Virus record (IMG/VR): IMGVR_UViG_3300035501_000922
Length of the DNA stretch: 64,000 nucleotides
From: a virus
Taxonomy: Duplodnaviria > Caudoviricetes
Strand: one strand, 5' to 3'
Shown here in pieces: positions 31,014 to 41,237 of this stretch. The position numbers were made by a program, and so were the translations under genes. Each line of letters begins with the position of its first letter. Position 1 is the first letter of the stretch. The notes below the pieces were generated by a model that did not search any database, was not told the origin of the DNA, and saw only the letters and a list, made by a program, of their open reading frames with translations.

Positions 31014-31715
31014 TCAAATATCAGGAATAGTATTAGCTTCTTCAATTTTTACATATGGACTATTTTCTATTATATCTTCATAGTCTTCTTCTTTCTTGAC
31101 GGGTTTTGGTTTTATTATTTCTTCTTCAGCATTTCGAAAAAGATTTACTGTATTAATTACTGATAATGATAACTCCATCATATCTATATGTGAAAGTTCA
31201 TAATATAAGTACTCCATTTCTTCATATGTTATATAACAAAAGTTATCATACGAATTAATACAAAACACGCAGCCTTCATAAAATTTGTTATTTATTTCAT
31301 CATCAGAAACAACACATGGTTGTAACCGTATATGTTTATTACAGGATACGAAGTCCATTGTTATTTCTTTAGATATACGATTATTTACTGTCAGTTTATC
31401 ATTCTGATAGTAGAATAATTCCTTAATTGATTTAAACTGTTTTATCATTCTTTCAAGAATTCGTATAAATAAAAATAAACTTTGTTTATTTAAGTTAACA
31501 GATTGGTTGCTACTCCAACCATCTTCAGTTGATTTAGAAATATCAATTGTAACAAATGGTCTTGGATTTATTTTTATATAATCATTTCCTAAATAATTAA
31601 ACTTGTTTACAAGTTTATTATAATTTTTTGTATCATCATTTGAATTAATTATGAGACTAAACTTTAGTTTCATAATCTTATTAATACGACCTAATTCAAT
31701 TGTCGCTTTATACAT
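31014..31715 (-). CDS. Hypothetical protein
   Basis: Likely start MYKAT after GGTGA. Confidence 0.7.
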   Translation of the reverse strand: MYKATIELGRINKIMKLKFSLIINSNDDTKNYNKLVNKFNYLGNDYIKINPRPFVTIDISKSTEDGWSSNQSVNLNKQSLFLFIRILERMIKQFKSIKELFYYQNDKLTVNNRISKEITMDFVSCNKHIRLQPCVVSDDEINNKFYEGCVFCINSYDNFCYITYEEMEYLYYELSHIDMMELSLSVINTVNLFRNAEEEIIKPKPVKKEEDYEDIIENSPYVKIEEANTIPDI

Positions 31716-31831
31716 TTTTATCACCATGCTTTCTAATTTAAATATTTGTCCTAAAAACAATTCATATCAATTTTAATATCTATTTTTAACAAAGTAATAA
31801 CGTAAATTACTAAAGGAGATGATTAAATCAA

Positions 31832-32188
31832 ATGAAAGTAATTGTAAAATCTAAAGATTCAAAATTTAATACAGATATAGGTGAAGCATTCATAGAAGTA
31901 TCTCCCGACGGTTCCAAAGCCTGTCTCCAAGCAGTAATGAATAAAACCGGCAAAGTAATTAAATACTGTTCATTTGACACAGAAAATCCATTTGATTTAA
32001 CCAAAATGAACGATGACATTGATTATTTAAAAGAACAGGTAAAAATGATAAATGATAGAATTGATAACTTAGAAATTACCGGCGGTGGTAGTGGAATTTA
32101 CGTAGGTAGTGACAACCCAAATGCAACGTGTATATGGTATGATACCGATATAGATGATGATCTTGAAAACTTAAAAAATAAAGACTGA
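31832..32188 (+). CDS. Hypothetical late/virion protein
   Basis: AACA AAGTAA TA at 31788..31799; IYVGSDNP...IWYDTD fibre-type motif. Confidence 0.6.
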   Translation: MKVIVKSKDSKFNTDIGEAFIEVSPDGSKACLQAVMNKTGKVIKYCSFDTENPFDLTKMNDDIDYLKEQVKMINDRIDNLEITGGGSGIYVGSDNPNATCIWYDTDIDDDLENLKNKD

Positions 32189-32224
32189 GAATATAGATAA
32201 TCCTATATTCTCAGTCTTTTAATG

Positions 32225-32500
32225 TCAATCTAGTTGCATTATGGTTTCTTCAAATTCATCATATTCAATTTCTTTAAGTGTATTCCAGTCAATCTCTATA
32301 TCTGAAAATGCAAGCATATCAGATAAAACATCTCTGACAGTCATTTCGGGGTTATCTACCTGACCTTCATCTATTATTGAATAATCAGCATCATATAAAT
32401 CATAATCCCATCCACTATCAACAGTCATGATTTTAGCATACATTGTATCTCCATCTGTAGTAATGAAGGTATATGCTTTTTGAATATCAAATTGGTTCAT
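32225..32500 (-). CDS. Small acidic hypothetical protein
   Basis: ORF coupled to upstream gene, GGAGGTG RBS. Confidence 0.7.
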   Translation of the reverse strand: MNQFDIQKAYTFITTDGDTMYAKIMTVDSGWDYDLYDADYSIIDEGQVDNPEMTVRDVLSDMLAFSDIEIDWNTLKEIEYDEFEETIMQLD

Positions 32501-33034
32501 CTAATCCTCACCTCCAATTATCATATCTTTTATGAACGGCTCTATTGCTTTTATGAATCTAATATCCAAATATGGATATTGTTCATTTACTGTAGATGTG
32601 TAACAAAGTTCATCATCTTCATCATACATTTCATCAATAAATTTAACCCAATTCGACTCAATGAAATTTATAAAGTTTTCACTATCACCACGTTCTTTAT
32701 AACGTCTTATGAATTCTTCTTTCATGTCTTTATCTGGGTATACAAGAATGAATTTTAATCCAGCATCTTTGAGAGCCTTTCTTACAACGTCATGCGACGA
32801 TACCAAAATAATGTTAGTCTTTCCGATATGTTCTTTAATGTGGTTAATATAGTTATTCGGAAAATCAGGATTACGTTTTTTGGTATTATTACCCTTCTCA
32901 TCCTTAATCCAACTAAAATTACTTGAGTCACTATCTATAATACTATTAGGATATGACTCCTTAATTTTATTGTACAGATAGCTTTTACCACAACCCGGAA
33001 ATGCACTAATTATTAAACTACATTCTTTACTCAT
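32501..33034 (-). CDS. P-loop NTPase / nucleotide kinase-like protein
   Basis: IISAFPGCGKS, IDSDSS.F, FPNNY, RYKERG. Confidence 0.7.
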   Translation of the reverse strand: MSKECSLIISAFPGCGKSYLYNKIKESYPNSIIDSDSSNFSWIKDEKGNNTKKRNPDFPNNYINHIKEHIGKTNIILVSSHDVVRKALKDAGLKFILVYPDKDMKEEFIRRYKERGDSENFINFIESNWVKFIDEMYDEDDELCYTSTVNEQYPYLDIRFIKAIEPFIKDMIIGGED

Positions 33035-33040
33035 TTTATA

Positions 33041-33544
33041 TCAATCCTTTCTTTTTATTTTACATCCTCTGTATTTCTTTTCAATTGAAGCTACAATGAC
33101 TGTATTCCCTTTAGCGCAACCAGAATTATTCCAATCTGGTCCTAAGAAATAATGACACAATTCATTTACCGCAGCAGCTTCAGTTATTAGTGGTGGGAAT
33201 ACTCCGTATTTATCGGATACATCAGATATATCAGCAAGATGATGTATATCAAGTTTATTTCTGATTGATATATTAAATCCGAATATACAGCGTTTCTTAA
33301 CCCAGCATCCTTTATACTGTGCCTCAATGCTCATAACAATATCGATAGGTAACTGCTCAGGACAAGGCAGTTTATGATTAGGTTTCCAGTCTTCTCCTAA
33401 GAAATAATTGCATAATTCGTTTAATGCCATACTATCAGACATTTGCGGAGAAAACGAAAAACGATACCAAGGGGAAAATACATTATTTCGTGGTTCTGGG
33501 TCAACCAATGAAATAATATGGTCGATATCAAGTTTTTTTCTCAT
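33041..33544 (-). CDS. Hypothetical protein with internal domain duplication
   Basis: Two copies of KLDI.H...F.P...A.NELC.YFLG.DW...SIE..Y.GC. Confidence 0.75.
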   Translation of the reverse strand: MRKKLDIDHIISLVDPEPRNNVFSPWYRFSFSPQMSDSMALNELCNYFLGEDWKPNHKLPCPEQLPIDIVMSIEAQYKGCWVKKRCIFGFNISIRNKLDIHHLADISDVSDKYGVFPPLITEAAAVNELCHYFLGPDWNNSGCAKGNTVIVASIEKKYRGCKIKRKD

Positions 33545-33620
33545 TTTAATTACATCCTTTCAATTTATTATAATAATAGGTGTATGTATTTTATTTAAAA
33601 TACATACACCATTACTATTT

Positions 33621-35402
33621 TTAATCAGATGATACATCATCATTTGATTCTGCCTTTGCTTCTTCAAGTACTTCGGTGTCATCACTATCTACGACTATTT
33701 CATAGTGACCTTCTCGTGATGTTCCTGACACATTGATATTATCATTCGTAAACTTTTGCATTGATACTAAAGCGTTATAATAATCGTCTTTATTATCAAA
33801 ATCAAGTTTAATAAACTGAACACCCTTTTCCTTGAAGATATCCTCCAAGTCTTTATTGAGTCTGTACCCAAAATCATCAGGCTCGTTATCATCATCAAAG
33901 TAAAGACCGTTCATATCACTGAAAGGTGACAGGAGTCCAGAAGTACCCGGGTCTGAATTTCCACATACAAGTATATCAATATAACCGAGAAAACTTGGAT
34001 GTATTCCTCTATATCTCAGTCCAATATTATTAGAATTCTTTCCACCCAAACTATGCGGACCCTTGTTTGTATATTTGAACTTACTGAAGAAATTCATATC
34101 ATTTACCGATTCATCATATCTTAATACTCCACTAGAGTGCATCTTTAAGATAAGAATATCTCCAGGGAATCTAAATAAATCACGATAGTTATCAATCGTC
34201 GCTTTATCTCTAAGAGATATTATTCTGTTAAGACGTTTACTGAATTCTTTAGTAAGTAATGATGCAATGTACTCATTACATCTAAGTCGCTTATTCTTAA
34301 GGTCAAGATTATCTTTTAATCTCAGGTCATTGTATTCTTGCATAACCCAGCGTAACAACGTGTATATATCTGACTTATGATAAGGATGTACTTTAAGTAT
34401 CTTTTTAGTAGACTCATCAAGTAGTCTATTAAAGAATCTGAGAATATCCTTACCTTTCTCATAGTTATTTGGATTAGCAATCTTCTTAATCCATACCTTA
34501 GGGTCATCAAGCTGTTCTATCGTAACTCTATTAGTACATACAGTCAAGAATGCTCCTGCAATGGATTGAACATACGGATATTTATTAAATATCTTTCTGA
34601 TAATTTGCATATAACACTTACTGGAAAGCTGAAAATAAATCATATCAGGGTCTTTCTCTTCAGGAAGTGATGGAATGAAAGATATTACATTAGATACTTC
34701 GAGAAAATCCAATGTATAATCAATACCCTTTGAAAGATAGAAAAGAATGATTGGTATTTCCTTTCGGAACACAAAAACTGAGTATACTGGGAGTACATAG
34801 TGTTCACCCTCACAATCAGATGCACTGATACCTGAGCGTTTGAGTTTCTCATCAGTAATATTGTTATGAGCTACTTCATCAGCTTCAACAATATTTCTTT
34901 TTACTGCTACAGGCATAAGACTCTTAAGTGTTACACTTGATGCACTCGTATAAGTTGATTTCTCTACCATCTGGTAAATAAGATAGTACTTCTTACCTTT
35001 AATGTAGAAATAACCATCTTCGTCTTGAAGTGGAATCAACATCGCTTTTGTTATCGGATACGTATGGATAAACTTCTCACCAGTTTCAGGATTATCTTCC
35101 AATAAAGAAACTTCCAGTTTTACAGTAAGCTTACCGTATCTATCATCGTTGATGAATTTATAGTCGTATCTATCTTTCTTTTTCTTCTTCTTTTCTCTCT
35201 TAAAAATATACTTATTAATGTCAATTTCGCTTTCTTTTTCAGTATAATCGAAACTGACACATCTGATGTTATCAACAACTTCAAGAGACTTCCAACTGTC
35301 AATAACATATTCCACAAGGGGAGCATCTGCAGTTTTGTTCATTAAAGGAACATTGAGTTCTTTCTCATACTGTGACACATACCCTTTCAGACATTTTTTC
35401 AT
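33621..35402 (-). CDS. RNA polymerase beta N-terminal subunit (non-virion RNAP type)
   Basis: IPL..DGYFYIKG...LIYQM and RGIHPSFLGYID...DPGTSGLL match RpoB N-half motifs; early motif 35438..35448. Confidence 0.85.
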   Translation of the reverse strand: MKKCLKGYVSQYEKELNVPLMNKTADAPLVEYVIDSWKSLEVVDNIRCVSFDYTEKESEIDINKYIFKREKKKKKKDRYDYKFINDDRYGKLTVKLEVSLLEDNPETGEKFIHTYPITKAMLIPLQDEDGYFYIKGKKYYLIYQMVEKSTYTSASSVTLKSLMPVAVKRNIVEADEVAHNNITDEKLKRSGISASDCEGEHYVLPVYSVFVFRKEIPIILFYLSKGIDYTLDFLEVSNVISFIPSLPEEKDPDMIYFQLSSKCYMQIIRKIFNKYPYVQSIAGAFLTVCTNRVTIEQLDDPKVWIKKIANPNNYEKGKDILRFFNRLLDESTKKILKVHPYHKSDIYTLLRWVMQEYNDLRLKDNLDLKNKRLRCNEYIASLLTKEFSKRLNRIISLRDKATIDNYRDLFRFPGDILILKMHSSGVLRYDESVNDMNFFSKFKYTNKGPHSLGGKNSNNIGLRYRGIHPSFLGYIDILVCGNSDPGTSGLLSPFSDMNGLYFDDDNEPDDFGYRLNKDLEDIFKEKGVQFIKLDFDNKDDYYNALVSMQKFTNDNINVSGTSREGHYEIVVDSDDTEVLEEAKAESNDDVSSD

Positions 35403-35517
35403 AAAAATATCATCCTTTCAATATTTATTTCCGAGAAATAATATATACAAAAAATAAAAGTGGAAGTCAATTTCTGTCATTCCACTTTTATTTTATATTT
35501 ACTTGTTGTCTTTGGTA

Positions 35518-36234
35518 TTATTCATACTTAGACGATGCAAGTGTATCGTTCTTAAGTCTGAGCTTAGACTCAATATTCGGACGAATATATATTACACCGT
35601 TAATATCTTCTGATTCCCTCACACCGATGTAAAAACAACCCATCATGTTAATCTCGTATTCAAAACGGTCTCCACGATTCTCTATGAGATGATTTACAAT
35701 CATTTCATATGTTGTTACAAATATCGGCATAATACATTCCGAAGATGCAATCTCTACATCAATCTCCTTAAGAAGCTGTATTGCTTCAGTCGATATTTTC
35801 TTTATTACTTCGGGCTGCGATGTTATATTCTCAGCACCCCACTGAACGCATCTTTCAACTGCTGATGCTGACAGGTCATCAAACTCAACACGCTTCTTTA
35901 TGACACCGAGGTCACGAAGATAAACCATAAAATTACCCTGCTTTTCATCCTCGTCATCCTGACTTGTAGAATAACCAATCAAAAGTCTGTCACATATATT
36001 GATTTCAAAATCGCTATATGCTTTTTCAAACTTTTCAAGGCTTACTAATATAGCCTCATAAATCTTTGCAAAGCAAGCTGCCAATAATCTGGGATCAGGT
36101 TTATTTGTCTTACTATCAGTAAAACTCATTTTGAAATTATCATGCAACTGTCTGTTTGCTTCATCACATATTGACAGAATTGCATTTGTGTCCTCACTTG
36201 CGTTCTCCTTGAAAAATTCAATGTACTTTGCCAT
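35518..36234 (-). CDS. Hypothetical acidic protein
   Basis: AAGGAGG RBS; early motif 36310..36320. Confidence 0.75.
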   Translation of the reverse strand: MAKYIEFFKENASEDTNAILSICDEANRQLHDNFKMSFTDSKTNKPDPRLLAACFAKIYEAILVSLEKFEKAYSDFEINICDRLLIGYSTSQDDEDEKQGNFMVYLRDLGVIKKRVEFDDLSASAVERCVQWGAENITSQPEVIKKISTEAIQLLKEIDVEIASSECIMPIFVTTYEMIVNHLIENRGDRFEYEINMMGCFYIGVRESEDINGVIYIRPNIESKLRLKNDTLASSKYE

Positions 36235-36374
36235 TTAAATTTCCTCCTTTAAATAATTTTATATTATCGTTATTCTAATAATGTAAATCAATAACATTAT
36301 TACTTGCTAATAATGTATAATTAAATAATAAAGATGTGAGGATATTCGGTTATATCCTCACACTTAATTATTTA

Positions 36375-38498
36375 TTAAAGAAAATGCTTTGATACATAAT
36401 CCTTATAATTTTTAATACCTACAATAGGTATACCGTACTTCTTAGCTTTTGATACTTTAGATGACTCTACACCAACGACAGGAACAACCAATATGCTTGT
36501 ATCTTTACTGAGAGAATCCTTAACAACACCATCATTTTCAGTCGTCCAGTCTTCAAGGTCTTTGTCTCTTACTTTTGTGAATACTACAGAGAATTTTGAA
36601 TTGTTCGTTTTCTTTTCTTCAAGAATTATTAATTCATTTTCCAAAAAGCTAATCAGTTTTTCATTCTCTCTAATACCATCAATAATTTTTCTTGCAGTTT
36701 TACTTTTAATACCCGGAATAATTGTCAGCACATCCACTGCCTTTTCAGTTTTATCATCTAAAGATAATTCAAGAAGTTCATCAAATGAAATCATTTCGAA
36801 AACTTTTAAGAATGTCTTTGTTGATACTCCTTCAATTCCAAGAGAACCGAGCATTTGTGATGCAGGTACTTCACGATGATTATTAATTTCATCAATAATT
36901 GCATCGACACTTCTTTCTCCAAAACCAGAAATACTGCAGAGTTTCTTCTTATTCTTTTCGAGTTTGTATACATCCTTTATAGATTCAAGGTAGCCCTTCT
37001 CATAAAGAACATCTACTGTTGCATATGAAATTCCATCAATGTGCATTTTGTTAAAATAGTTTAATATCTTACCTTTCTCTTTGCATGGGCATTTCTTATT
37101 TACACAGTACATTATATCCCCGCTATCAGAGAACTCCAATGGTTCACCACAATCAGGACAGCACCAAGGTATCTCAAAAGGTTCTTTACCACTTTTCTTA
37201 CACTTAGGGTCATTCTCATCGAAAACAATATAAGGAATGATATCATATAAAACTTTAACTTTATCACCCTTTGACAATTTTAATGATTTAAATCTTCCCA
37301 TAGAACCCAGTGAAACATTCTCAATAGTATTTCCCTTAAGCTTAATTGGGTCAATAACTGCAACTGGACTTATACGTCCAAATAATCCTGCTGTGAATTT
37401 TACATCTTTAATCTTAGAGTATCCAACTTCTTCTGTGAACTTATATGCAACCTCGAATTTTTGTTTATTATCTTCTCTGCCGAGTATTTTCTGAATACGT
37501 TCGTTGATGATGTATATAACCATACCATCACATCTCATACCATTAGTGTATGCATGCTCGAACGCAAACTTTCTCATGGCTTCTCTGTCAGATAATCTGC
37601 ATCTTAAATACGGTGTATTAAATGCACCCGGAACTAATTCTTGTAAACTTTCGTTTCCTTTATCATCAAGATAAGACATTCTCAGCTGCATGACCTGAAG
37701 ATACTTAATACGGTCATCCACTTCATCACTGTTAATAATAGAAGACACTATAGCTCTCGACTGTTTATAGTTGGTATTATAAACTTCATTATATTTATTA
37801 AAGTCCTCGTCACTCATCATAATTTCAGTTTTTATACCGTACTCATGTTTAGCATTATCGAAAGGACCTTTACCAATCCAATCTCTAAAAACATGAGTTA
37901 TGTCTTGTGCTTCATTAGTCTCTGTAAATCCACGTGTTAATACTCTCTGTAGTTCACCGTTTTTTGAATACTCAAAGATTCCTGATACACCATCAAACTT
38001 AGGAAAACAATAAATTTCTTCATCTTTAAGACTTACTCTTTCACCAGTCTTTTCATAAATCTTATTTTCTAAAGTTTTAATCCAATCGTCTAATGATTTT
38101 CTGCTTTTATTTTCGAGAGCATCTTCTTCCGTTAAAGCATAAACTTTATCAAGAGTACCTCTTAATGATTTATATTTATGATGAACAACTTTACCGGATG
38201 ATACTACTGGAACTGTAATACCAACATCACCGGCATTTGATAGTTTCTCATAAATAATGTCATACTCGGAGTCACTCATACCAGTTTCTTCACCAGTATA
38301 ATTATAAATAGACTGAGCACAGTCTATAAGAGTCTTGCCATTTTGAATTTCATCATATGGAATTTCATCCATGCCAAGGAACCTTTCAATTTCTTTTCGA
38401 ACGTCATCACTTTTCATTAGTAAAATCAGTTCATTCATTTTCTTGGGATTATCAGATACCTGATTTTCTCGTAACCTCAATTCGTCAAAAATATACAT
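36375..38498 (-). CDS. ligA: NAD-dependent DNA ligase
   Basis: SDSEYD, TLDKV, PKFDG, LTRG, DGMVI, VAYKF, Cys4 Zn finger, HhH and C-terminal BRCT (SSKVSKAKKYGI). Confidence 0.95.
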   Translation of the reverse strand: MYIFDELRLRENQVSDNPKKMNELILLMKSDDVRKEIERFLGMDEIPYDEIQNGKTLIDCAQSIYNYTGEETGMSDSEYDIIYEKLSNAGDVGITVPVVSSGKVVHHKYKSLRGTLDKVYALTEEDALENKSRKSLDDWIKTLENKIYEKTGERVSLKDEEIYCFPKFDGVSGIFEYSKNGELQRVLTRGFTETNEAQDITHVFRDWIGKGPFDNAKHEYGIKTEIMMSDEDFNKYNEVYNTNYKQSRAIVSSIINSDEVDDRIKYLQVMQLRMSYLDDKGNESLQELVPGAFNTPYLRCRLSDREAMRKFAFEHAYTNGMRCDGMVIYIINERIQKILGREDNKQKFEVAYKFTEEVGYSKIKDVKFTAGLFGRISPVAVIDPIKLKGNTIENVSLGSMGRFKSLKLSKGDKVKVLYDIIPYIVFDENDPKCKKSGKEPFEIPWCCPDCGEPLEFSDSGDIMYCVNKKCPCKEKGKILNYFNKMHIDGISYATVDVLYEKGYLESIKDVYKLEKNKKKLCSISGFGERSVDAIIDEINNHREVPASQMLGSLGIEGVSTKTFLKVFEMISFDELLELSLDDKTEKAVDVLTIIPGIKSKTARKIIDGIRENEKLISFLENELIILEEKKTNNSKFSVVFTKVRDKDLEDWTTENDGVVKDSLSKDTSILVVPVVGVESSKVSKAKKYGIPIVGIKNYKDYVSKHFL

Positions 38499-38639
38499 TT
38501 TTAAAACCACCTTTCATATTTATAAGGATTGCTCTCATATAAATAATATATAAATCAATAAAAAATATAGATAATGAACAGTTTAGGTTTTATTTTCTTA
38601 TTCACAGTAAAATAATTATGTTAAGCTAGGTGATTAAAA

Positions 38640-39689
38640 ATGACAAATAAAGAAACTAAACTTGATTTAATTCAAGCTCTATCAAATAGAGGAGTTTATT
38701 TTAAGCAAATAAATGATGTTGAATTTAGAACACGCTGCCCTTATTGTGGTGATTCGTCAAGAGAAAACACAGGGCATCTTTATATGAGAATAAATCCTGA
38801 CGACGATTTTAATGTCGTTTTTCACTGTTTTAAATGTGAAGAAGCAGGAGTATTAACATCCGACAATTTATCAATGTTTGATATTGAAGATATTGATTTA
38901 AAATCCAATATCTATTCTTTAAACAAAACTGCAAAAAAAGTTGACAATAAGAATATTGCAACTGGTATACGTAATAAATATTTTGATTATAAGATACCAG
39001 ATATTCATATTGGTAAAAAAACAGAATATATAGAAAAACGTTTAGGATTAAAGTTTAATAACGATGATTATAAAAAGATGAAAATGATTACATCATTAAG
39101 AGAATTTTTAATACTAAACGGTATTAAAAAAATAACTTGTCATAATGAAATAGCATTTAGATTAGAAGACCATTATGTAGGTTTTTTATCTTATGGTAAT
39201 TCACATATTCTATTTCGTGATATAACAAATAGAGAAAAAATAAAATGGGTTAAATATCCAATAACAGAAGAAAGTAAAGAAAATAGATTATTTTATTCAA
39301 TGTGTGCTGATATAGATGTGTTAACTACAGATTCTCTAGTTATTAATTTAGGAGAAGGAGTACTCGATACTTTATCAGCTTTTTATAATTTAGGATTTGA
39401 TGGTCCTAACACTATGAATATCTCAGTATCTGGAAAGTACTATGATAAATTACTACTATATTTAATTGAACTAGGATTGGTTGGAAGTAATATAACAATA
39501 AATATATTTTCAGATAATGATGAAATTTTTAATAAAAAGAATAATAATCCAACTAATATAGATTACTATAGACGAGTACTTAAGAACTATAAATATCTAT
39601 ATGGGCAAATAAATGTGTACTATAATACTATAGGAAAAGATATTGGAGTACCAAGACAAGAAATTAGTTTAAAAAGATACATTTTATAA
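38640..39689 (+). CDS. DNA primase (Zn ribbon + TOPRIM)
   Basis: RCPYCGDS...HLY...HCFKC; EGVLD; FSDND; KDIG. Confidence 0.8.
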   Translation: MTNKETKLDLIQALSNRGVYFKQINDVEFRTRCPYCGDSSRENTGHLYMRINPDDDFNVVFHCFKCEEAGVLTSDNLSMFDIEDIDLKSNIYSLNKTAKKVDNKNIATGIRNKYFDYKIPDIHIGKKTEYIEKRLGLKFNNDDYKKMKMITSLREFLILNGIKKITCHNEIAFRLEDHYVGFLSYGNSHILFRDITNREKIKWVKYPITEESKENRLFYSMCADIDVLTTDSLVINLGEGVLDTLSAFYNLGFDGPNTMNISVSGKYYDKLLLYLIELGLVGSNITINIFSDNDEIFNKKNNNPTNIDYYRRVLKNYKYLYGQINVYYNTIGKDIGVPRQEISLKRYIL

Positions 39690-39736
39690 AAAAAAATAAG
39701 GGTAACGATTTTTTTTTCGTTACCCTTATTTATTAT

Positions 39737-40129
39737 TCACTTATCAAATTTAACAAGTTCCCAATCGTAAAACCACGGTAAATGGTAATTAAGTGGAAAT
39801 TTACCATACCACTTCCACCATGGGTCGTAAGATAAAGTGAAACGAAAACAGAGTGAAACTTTGTCTACATCTATAGATACAGTCTGACCGGGCTTAATTA
39901 TTAATTTGCCACACTCAGAAATGTGTGATGTACTTTTATTTTGTACCTCTACAGATTTTTCGTAATGTGAAGACAGATCTTTCACAAAGTTCGCAACATT
40001 AAGTTCAAACTTAAAGTTTTTCGGATCAAAACGGTCATCCGACTCTGTTACCATAGTAACGTCAGTACTACACCAGATAGCAGTGTGAAAGTGTGAACTC
40101 TGAGGTTCATTATAAAAATAAATACTCAT
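39737..40129 (-). CDS. Hypothetical early protein
   Basis: Start MSIYF after GAAAGGA; early promoter 40199..40230. Confidence 0.7.
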   Translation of the reverse strand: MSIYFYNEPQSSHFHTAIWCSTDVTMVTESDDRFDPKNFKFELNVANFVKDLSSHYEKSVEVQNKSTSHISECGKLIIKPGQTVSIDVDKVSLCFRFTLSYDPWWKWYGKFPLNYHLPWFYDWELVKFDK

Positions 40130-40296
40130 AATTTTTATGTCCTTTCTGGTTTTAGTATCTTTTCCTTGATAATTTGCAACCTGACCCATTGCACATAAAT
40201 AATGTATAATTTAATAATATAGATTTACGGTTTTACTTTACATTTTCACCACATTATTATAAAACATTTTATTATTAATTCAAAGGAGGAATTCAT

Positions 40297-40833
40297 ATGT
40301 CTAAGAAGTCTAATAAAGGTAATAAACAATATAATCCTCAAGTTAAAGCTACTGAAGATATTACTACAGAAGTAGAAGTTAGTGAAGTAGATACTACTGA
40401 GGAATCTGTAGTTGAAACCCCCGAAGAGGATACTGTAACTACTGAAGTTATAGAGGAAGAAGAAACTACTGATGTAGTAACTGAAGAACCTATTCCTGTA
40501 GTGGAAGAGCCCGTTGTAGAAACTATCGAGGAGCCCACTCCTGAAGTAGTTCCTGAAGTTACTGTAAAAAAAGTAGAAACTCCCTCTCCCGTCAAGGAAC
40601 CTACAAAAAACGCAAGTTCAAGCACTGTTTATCAAATAGTATTTGCTACTAATGCAACCCCTCTTCAGGTTTATAAGATTACGAAAAGATTATCAGACCT
40701 TTCCATAAACTATAATTATGATACTGCTACAGGAATGATAGTTGGACAGAAGTACTCGTCATTTACTGAAGCAAAAGCTGCAAAGAAGTATTTTGCTGGT
40801 AAAGGTCTTAAACCTATAATTAAAGAAATTTAA
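40297..40833 (+). CDS. Acidic low-complexity protein with C-terminal SPOR-like domain
   Basis: E/T/V/P-rich linker then YQIV...VGQKYSSFTEAKAAKKYF.GKG; late motif 40263..40274. Confidence 0.55.
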   Translation: MSKKSNKGNKQYNPQVKATEDITTEVEVSEVDTTEESVVETPEEDTVTTEVIEEEETTDVVTEEPIPVVEEPVVETIEEPTPEVVPEVTVKKVETPSPVKEPTKNASSSTVYQIVFATNATPLQVYKITKRLSDLSINYNYDTATGMIVGQKYSSFTEAKAAKKYFAGKGLKPIIKEI

Positions 40834-40895
40834 AAAAAAATAGCTGTAAATTTTAATAACATTGTATTAAAAACCTACAGCCTTTAAATATTCAT

Positions 40896-41063
40896 TTATT
40901 TCATTCCCATTATAGCTTGGAATTTCGCAGCCTCACGGGCAGCTACTTTTTCAGCTTTGGGATTTCTGACGTACTGTTTGTACACAGCCATACCAGATTT
41001 TGACTGAGGCTGAGGGTCAGACGACTGACTATTAAGTACGAGAGATAAGAGGTCGTTATTCAT
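40896..41063 (-). CDS. Small early protein (55 aa, not in ORF track)
   Basis: MNNDLLSLVLNSQ...AIMGMK; AGGTGA RBS; TTATACATCAT at 41102..41112. Confidence 0.65.
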   Translation of the reverse strand: MNNDLLSLVLNSQSSDPQPQSKSGMAVYKQYVRNPKAEKVAAREAAKFQAIMGMK

Positions 41064-41237
41064 TTCATCACCTACTTTCTTTTTATTGTTTATTCACGTA
41101 GATGATGTATAATTATTTTACTAAAGTAAAATAAAAAAACAGGAGCGATGAGTCCATCATCGCTCCTGTTGTATTTTTTTATCACCTCTTATTAAAATAA
41201 TATGTGTGGTTATCTATAATGATAACCACACATATTT

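Noticed and set aside
27943-38498. Bacterial chromosome origin suggested by ppk1, ligA and rpoB-like genes
   Set aside because: Genes are interleaved with virion genes, RNAP is split in jumbo-phage fashion, and all share phage promoter motifs
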